From the NCBI GenBank assembly GCA_019057635.1, contig DXJL01000104.1, forward strand, positions 32,001 to 96,000: a stretch of 64,000 nucleotides of DNA, read 5' to 3'. The DNA comes from Candidatus Heimdallarchaeota archaeon (GTDB taxonomy: Archaea > Asgardarchaeota > Heimdallarchaeia > Hodarchaeales > Hodarchaeaceae). Positions 58,663 through 64,000 of this stretch are shown here, in pieces. How positions within the stretch are numbered: the stretch's first letter is position 1; each line of letters begins with the position of its first letter. The notes under the pieces are model-generated. The model saw nothing but the letters and a program-made list of their open reading frames with translations, ran no database searches and had not been told where the DNA came from. Made by a program: the position numbers and the translations under genes.

Positions 58663-59658
58663 CTAGCTCAATTCTGGTATCAGAAGAGGGTCAGTTTCAT
58701 TAGATAAAATAACCAAACGACTTACTTCAGATTCTGCAACGATTTTATAACCAGTTAAATTTTCAAGTTGTTTGGCAAATTCCATTATCCTAGAATGTGA
58801 TGGCATCGCTGTACGTGGTAATCGCTTTTCAGCTGCACCAACGTGAACTACTCCTTTCACTTCTACAAAAGACGGTTTCATCATTCCAGTTATCATTTCT
58901 GCATACCCTTCTGGATCGATAAGATTTAATCCTTCAGCTACAGTCAATCGTGCAACAGTCCGAAAAGGTACACCTTCTCCGATAATTCTTAAGCTCTCAT
59001 TAATATTTTCTAAAGCCTTTTCTTTTTCAAGGGGCCTATGTACACTCAGAAAATTTTTTACTCCAGGAGTGGGTAGAGTTATGTACAATTGTGTTGGATA
59101 AGCTCGCTTTTCTAGAATGGAGCGTAAAGTACTAGGCACACTCCCATTAGTAACGATAAAAACGGTCAAATTTCGACTTTTTAACTCATCAATTAATTCA
59201 GGTATCCACGGATAAAGAAAGGGTTCTCCTGTTAAACTCAAAGTCGCATGTTTCGGTTTCATTGCTTCATCGTACTTCAAAGTTGAGACATATGGTTTAT
59301 AACCGCAAATAATTTTCTGTTGACTCACAAATAATGCATCTACAACATCTTTAGGGGAGTCAAAGATTTCTATCAGTCTTTCCTGATCTTGCGGATCATA
59401 TTGCCTAAACATGTTTTCAACCCCGATATCAGATTCATGTACTCGCCAACAAAATTTACACAGAAAGTTACAAATTAATACTGGTGAAAATTGTATGCAT
59501 TGATGTGACTTAATACCATAAAAGTGCTTGTAACAGTACCTATCCTCTCTTAAAGAATTATGTGTCCATCTACACTTTTTAACAGCAGTATTTTTTCCTG
59601 ATATTTGGTATTTTTGTTTTTTCAGCAGTGCTTGCATTTTAGGATCCGCAAAAGACAT
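58663..59658 (-). CDS. taw1: 4-demethylwyosine synthase (radical SAM)
   Basis: VKKC.W...CYK.FYGI.SHQC; CNFLCKFCWR; SLTGEP; VTNG; VEVKG. Confidence 0.93.
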   Translation of the reverse strand: MSFADPKMQALLKKQKYQISGKNTAVKKCRWTHNSLREDRYCYKHFYGIKSHQCIQFSPVLICNFLCKFCWRVHESDIGVENMFRQYDPQDQERLIEIFDSPKDVVDALFVSQQKIICGYKPYVSTLKYDEAMKPKHATLSLTGEPFLYPWIPELIDELKSRNLTVFIVTNGSVPSTLRSILEKRAYPTQLYITLPTPGVKNFLSVHRPLEKEKALENINESLRIIGEGVPFRTVARLTVAEGLNLIDPEGYAEMITGMMKPSFVEVKGVVHVGAAEKRLPRTAMPSHSRIMEFAKQLENLTGYKIVAESEVSRLVILSNETDPLLIPELS

Positions 59659-59768
59659 AATGAACTCACTAGAGCGAATGTTAATATCTTTGTTTAGACG
59701 ATTTCAATCAATTCTAAAGATGGTAGAGTGATAAATGGTCCAAAAATATGATTCAAAAGTTACATTTC

Positions 59769-60101
59769 TTAACGATAGAAATCTAATAGGTTAGGGTCGT
59801 CTTCATTACTCTCATGTGGGTTGAGAATGATACGAAATAGATCCCAAACGATCTCACTTGCATAGCGTCCCCGATTTGATAATACATATAGGATTTCTGT
59901 ATTATTCTCTATTTTAATCTTATAAACCAACCCAATTGCTGCAAGGGTTTTGAGGCTTACTGTTACTTTTTTAGGATTTGCATGGTGCTCGATTGATGCG
60001 CAGATTTGACTAAATGTTTTACCTCTTGGATTCAAATGCAAATATTGAAGTATAAGAAGAATGTACTCTTGTTCGAGCTGTTTTAAAGGATTTCCTGCCA
60101 A
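59769..60101 (-). CDS. Winged-helix transcription regulator (HxlR-like)
   Basis: KTFSQI...NPKKVTVSLKTL...GLV...YVLSNRG. Confidence 0.75.
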   Translation of the reverse strand: MAGNPLKQLEQEYILLILQYLHLNPRGKTFSQICASIEHHANPKKVTVSLKTLAAIGLVYKIKIENNTEILYVLSNRGRYASEIVWDLFRIILNPHESNEDDPNLLDFYR

Positions 60102-60185
60102 TTCTTTATCCCATTCAAGAATTATCTTGATCTTTTTTAAGGATTAGGTTATTACCATATTAAGTTTGGAAGTACTGCAGATTAT

Positions 60186-61637
60186 CTATGTCTTCGGTAA
60201 AACTACTTTTACAGTACTCCCTTTATTCCTCCCGGGAGATACTAAACTAATTTTTCCCCCGTGAATATCTTCGATAATTTTCTTTGTGATAGACAGTCCT
60301 AATCCAGTTGATTTTGAATGTATCTCGAATCGAGAAAATGGTTGGAAGATTTTCTTTAAATCAGCCTTTCGGAAACCAAAGCCATTGTCTTGTATTGTGA
60401 TTATAATTACATTTTGATGTCCTGCTTTTTTTTCCTCAACATATACCTCTATTTTACCCTTTTCGGGAGGTGAATATTTGATGGCATTATCTAACAGATT
60501 TTGTAATGCTCTCACAATTAATTCTTTGTTTGCTACAATTTCTAATGATTCTGGTACAAAATATGATATTTTTTGACCTCTACGAATCATCTGAGGAAGA
60601 ACCGCCATTTTTGCATCTTCGAGAATTGAAATTAAATCGAAAGTCTCCCTTTCCGCAATGTAGGTTGATCGATCATATTGCTCGAATTCAAGAAGACTAT
60701 CAACCATACGAACGAGACGATGTGTATTAGTAATAATTGTACCAAGCTGTTTTTTCATTTCTGGGGTAATCGGTCCGGATAACCCATGTAGGATTACTTC
60801 AGAATAACCTTGGATTGATGCCAGGGGAGATTTTAAATCATGAATAACCGTCGAAAGGATCTGTGTTTTTTGATTGTATTTTTGTTTCAATGAATGAAAT
60901 TCCATTAAGGAGATTAAATCTGCGGGAATCTCATGAGAACTTCTAGATTTCCCTTCCTGGGTTAAATAAAAAGATAAAGTTGACTCTAATATGTTACGCT
61001 GAGTTGATATTTGAAATAACTGTTTTTCTAATCGTTCTATCTCCAGTTTTTCTGCTTTCAATTCCTTTATCAGGATTTCTATGGGCTGATATAATTCTCT
61101 AAGTGATTCTGGAAACTTTCTGCTAGAGCCATCATCGTAATAGAAATTTGGATAGATTTGAGAAGGAGTTAAACACAGATATGGAAATCTTAGGGCCAAC
61201 TGTCGAGATTGTTGTTTAGAGAGGTGTTGTTCATTAAATATGACAAAAATAGTACACTCGGAATTATTTTTGATGAGATGTTTTTCGAATGTGTCAACAA
61301 TTAGTAAAATCTGCTTCGTAGGTAATTTAATATTCGAGAAATCCAAAAAGAGATGGATTTCAAGTGCTGATTTAGGGACTTCTAAAAGGCAGCTTTTCAT
61401 TTTTTCATTAAGAAAGGTAAGAGATGTCTTTTTTCGCTTCGTTGAAGCGATCTCTATGAATTTTACATCATATCTTTTTGTAATTTCTGCTTGAAAACCA
61501 ATAGGTTTTTTCCCCTCCTCCTTAATAGAGATTAGACAACGTAGAATATCAGATTGGGCAAGATCACTTAGAAAGAATGATTCTAGGCCCTTTACATCAC
61601 GAAAGAGGCAAAATACTTTCGTCTGTCTAATTTCCAA
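60186..61637 (-). CDS. Cytoplasmic sensor histidine kinase (possible MEDS-like N-terminus)
   Basis: HDLKSPL, NLLDNAIKYS, DNGFG, F.PF, STGLGL. Confidence 0.92.
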   Translation of the reverse strand: MEIRQTKVFCLFRDVKGLESFFLSDLAQSDILRCLISIKEEGKKPIGFQAEITKRYDVKFIEIASTKRKKTSLTFLNEKMKSCLLEVPKSALEIHLFLDFSNIKLPTKQILLIVDTFEKHLIKNNSECTIFVIFNEQHLSKQQSRQLALRFPYLCLTPSQIYPNFYYDDGSSRKFPESLRELYQPIEILIKELKAEKLEIERLEKQLFQISTQRNILESTLSFYLTQEGKSRSSHEIPADLISLMEFHSLKQKYNQKTQILSTVIHDLKSPLASIQGYSEVILHGLSGPITPEMKKQLGTIITNTHRLVRMVDSLLEFEQYDRSTYIAERETFDLISILEDAKMAVLPQMIRRGQKISYFVPESLEIVANKELIVRALQNLLDNAIKYSPPEKGKIEVYVEEKKAGHQNVIIITIQDNGFGFRKADLKKIFQPFSRFEIHSKSTGLGLSITKKIIEDIHGGKISLVSPGRNKGSTVKVVLPKT

Positions 61638-61676
61638 GACGATAAGACCCCTCTATGTACATTTCTTAATAATTGA

Positions 61677-62051
61677 TTATGTAATAAAAACATTTGTAAT
61701 ATCAAAATTGGACAATCTAGCATTACTAATCCTGTAAAGCTGACGAATCAAAGTGATACCCTCATCAGGGGTTGTAACTACTCCTAGGATTGAATTTACT
61801 ACCAGTGCAACTTTATTTCTACTCTTTCTCTCCTTTAAGATAATCAAACGAACTAATTTTTGGTCACAATCCCCTCTAACATCAATAATTTGGCCTTTAT
61901 TTCCCTTAACAACTATCAAACCTTTCTTCCAGTCAGTTAAATCCCCTATAAGACATTCACTCATGTCTTCATTGAAAATGACATTATTAAAATCTTCTAT
62001 CGATTCAACAACAGCAGATTCTATTGAAAAGTATTCATCTTCAATTTTCAC
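61677..62051 (-). CDS. CheW-like protein
   Basis: DEYFSIE...V.E; KGLIVVKG...IIDV; ALVVNSILGV. Confidence 0.55.
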   Translation of the reverse strand: MKIEDEYFSIESAVVESIEDFNNVIFNEDMSECLIGDLTDWKKGLIVVKGNKGQIIDVRGDCDQKLVRLIILKERKSRNKVALVVNSILGVVTTPDEGITLIRQLYRISNARLSNFDITNVFIT

Positions 62052-62108
62052 GATGAGTAATCGCTTACTTTGAGCTTGCAGATTTAATACAACCTAATAG
62101 TGATATAT

Positions 62109-62705
62109 TCACTCAAATTCAAAACGGGAGTGAATTGAATTATGAAACGCCATATCTTGTATTGACCGTTTCAGTCCAAGGTACCCCTTATCTGCAGTTT
62201 TACCAACTGGTATTAATCCAATAATTGATAATTCTTCATTTAATCCTAGCATTTCTTCAATAGAATCATCAAAATCGACTATTAGATTAGTTCCCAAATT
62301 CATTGTTGTGGCTGCAAGTATCAATTGATTACTAGCAATAATAGCATCAATGATATTCTTATCGTCATTTTCATCCTGAACAGCAACTACAGCAAATATT
62401 ACTGCTGCATTTCTTACATCAATTTCTTTATTAGCAATTTTTTCAGAGATATTTGCCTTCAAATTGGGATCAGTAATGATTATATAAGCGAAGTTCTGAA
62501 TATCACTCAAAGATGGTGCTAATTGAGCACAGGCTAATAGTTGCTTTAATTGATCATGATTAAGAGATTCTTCTGACTGGAAAGAGTTATATCTCTTATT
62601 CTTAATAATGGTTTCAAAAAAATCCATAAAATCATCTCTGTTACTCATAAAAAAAAGTTGAAAGGGGTTATCTCCTTTCACCATTCTTTCATTTTTAAGA
62701 GTCAT
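62109..62705 (-). CDS. Nitroreductase-family protein
   Basis: LLACAQLAPS..DIQ; LILAATTMNLGT. The start is probably downstream (MSNRDD or MDFF). Confidence 0.82.
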   Translation of the reverse strand: MTLKNERMVKGDNPFQLFFMSNRDDFMDFFETIIKNKRYNSFQSEESLNHDQLKQLLACAQLAPSLSDIQNFAYIIITDPNLKANISEKIANKEIDVRNAAVIFAVVAVQDENDDKNIIDAIIASNQLILAATTMNLGTNLIVDFDDSIEEMLGLNEELSIIGLIPVGKTADKGYLGLKRSIQDMAFHNSIHSRFEFE

Positions 62706-62913
62706 GACTATTCATTAATTTATCGCAAAAAAAATTGAAAGAAACTTGTATTCAAACACAAGAGATAAGCTATTAAAAACTGCTTTGTTTGTGCAGATTG
62801 ATATAAATAAAACTTCACATTGAAAGAAACAATTGAAAAGATGGTTTCTCTCATTATAAGAGAATAAGAATGTTCCATTCTGAATTTAATAACGAGTATC
62901 AGGCGATGATGAA

Positions 62914-63801
62914 ATGACAAACTCAAATGATCAATTAAAATTATATTATGATCAACAGAGAGAGTTAATTGATCAAATAAAGACTATGAGAAAAGAGCTA
63001 GATCAAGAACAAAAATTAACAACTCGCTATAGGAAACAACGTGATCGATATAAAGCAGAGCGACAGTCATTACTACAAAAAACGACACCTGATGTAGAGG
63101 GAAGAGACTCTAAGAAAGACTTATTAGAGGGATTAAAGAAACGACGTGATTTTCTGAGACGTCAAGCCCAACGAAAAGAAGGGGCTCCATTCAAACTACT
63201 TACAAACATTGAGCTTGAAAAGCTAACAATTGTTGAGCTTAAATTCCATCTTTATGAACTTGAATTTAAACAACAAACAAGTTCTCTCGACAGAGAGGAG
63301 GAAGGATTGCTAATTGACGAAATAAGACGAATTGAAGAAAGAGTTGTTCTTTTGGAAAAACGTAATGAAGCTATCGTAGCAAATTACTTAGGAGATATAC
63401 CTAAATCCAAAGAGAGAATTCAAGAAGAAATTTCAAGCATCGAACAGAAAATCTCCGAAGAAGAAAATCTTCGGAAAGATGTTCAGACTAAAATTCAGAA
63501 ATTATATACGAGGATTGGTCCATTAAAAGAAGAAGAGGATAAAGCTCATCAAGAATTCGTTGATCATCTTCAACGTGTAGAAGAGTTAAAAGAAGTAGTC
63601 CAAGCGAAGCAAGAAGAACTGGATTCATTGAAAGCGAAGATATCGCAAGTTAAGAAAAAATTGAAGATTGAATCGCAACAAGAGACTTTTGGAAAGATAG
63701 AAGAAAGAATCCAGGGGTTATTAAAGAAAAGGGATGGAGATCAGGTACTTTCACCAGAAGAACAGGAATTTCTAATGAGCTACGGTCATGTTCCATTCTA
63801 A
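62914..63801 (+). CDS. Archaeal coiled-coil protein (COG1340-like)
   Basis: LEFKQQTSSL...EE...IDEI motif within coiled coils. Confidence 0.7.
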   Translation: MTNSNDQLKLYYDQQRELIDQIKTMRKELDQEQKLTTRYRKQRDRYKAERQSLLQKTTPDVEGRDSKKDLLEGLKKRRDFLRRQAQRKEGAPFKLLTNIELEKLTIVELKFHLYELEFKQQTSSLDREEEGLLIDEIRRIEERVVLLEKRNEAIVANYLGDIPKSKERIQEEISSIEQKISEEENLRKDVQTKIQKLYTRIGPLKEEEDKAHQEFVDHLQRVEELKEVVQAKQEELDSLKAKISQVKKKLKIESQQETFGKIEERIQGLLKKRDGDQVLSPEEQEFLMSYGHVPF

Positions 63802-64000
63802 TATTCAAATATTTGTAATCAATTGATTGATTAGTATTCGATTAGAGCTATTTTCAGTAACACTTCAATCTAATGATGCCAGAAGACCATAAGAAATTTA
63901 AAACAATTCCAACTTATTGATACACTCTTGAAAACGAGCTACTCACGTTACAAATAAAAAAACGAGACTCTTTGCGACACCTTAAAAAAGGTGAATTCAG

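Noticed and set aside
62720-62926. 68-aa minus-strand ORF
   Set aside because: Spans an AT-rich divergent promoter region with no coding features.
1-64000. Genome-wide reassignment of TAG to an amino acid
   Set aside because: radA, glpK, taw1, the histidine kinase, the M20 peptidase and others end in TAG at their expected C-termini, several abutting convergent genes.
1-64000. CRISPR array, tRNA, rRNA or selenoprotein (in-frame TGA)
   Set aside because: I saw no regularly spaced repeats, cloverleaf or T-loop signatures, or TGA-interrupted conserved frames by eye. A covariance search could still find small RNAs.

Overview
AT-rich archaeal chromosomal segment. RadA, Orc1/Cdc6, Taw1/TYW1, a COG1107-type RecJ-like protein and GGTGA/GAGG ribosome-binding sites mark it as archaeal. 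Several eukaryote-like domain architectures suggest an Asgard archaeon (Heimdallarchaeia/Hodarchaeales-like); that assignment is inference only. Most genes are housekeeping or metabolic: glpK, hypE/hypC/hypF, a Ca2+ P-type ATPase, two ABC transporters, two orphan DNA methyltransferases, GH57 and Dus. I found no CRISPR array, tRNA or rRNA. Features the ORF track does not explain: (1) a complete -1 programmed-frameshift signal (A_AAA_AAC, TAG, 7-nt spacer, GC hairpin) that would fuse a MoxR AAA+ ATPase to a start-less vWA frame, downstream of a long coiled-coil/winged-helix gene; (2) a tnpB gene (1..1198, minus strand, missed by the ORF track) and a ~310-bp internally deleted relative at ~17053-17375 that keeps the left end, a TATA-like box and the omega-RNA-like 3' end; (3) a PiT phosphate transporter interrupted by two in-frame TAG codons; (4) a membrane protein with an RGG/GAR tail, an APD1-4-like lumenal domain, zinc ribbons and a RING-like C-terminus; (5) a receiver domain fused to a longin/uDENN-like domain; (6) an M48 protease with an EF-hand-like loop next to the Ca2+ pump, plus a structured intergenic element upstream of the pump. 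All family assignments come from motif recognition by eye, not database searches.
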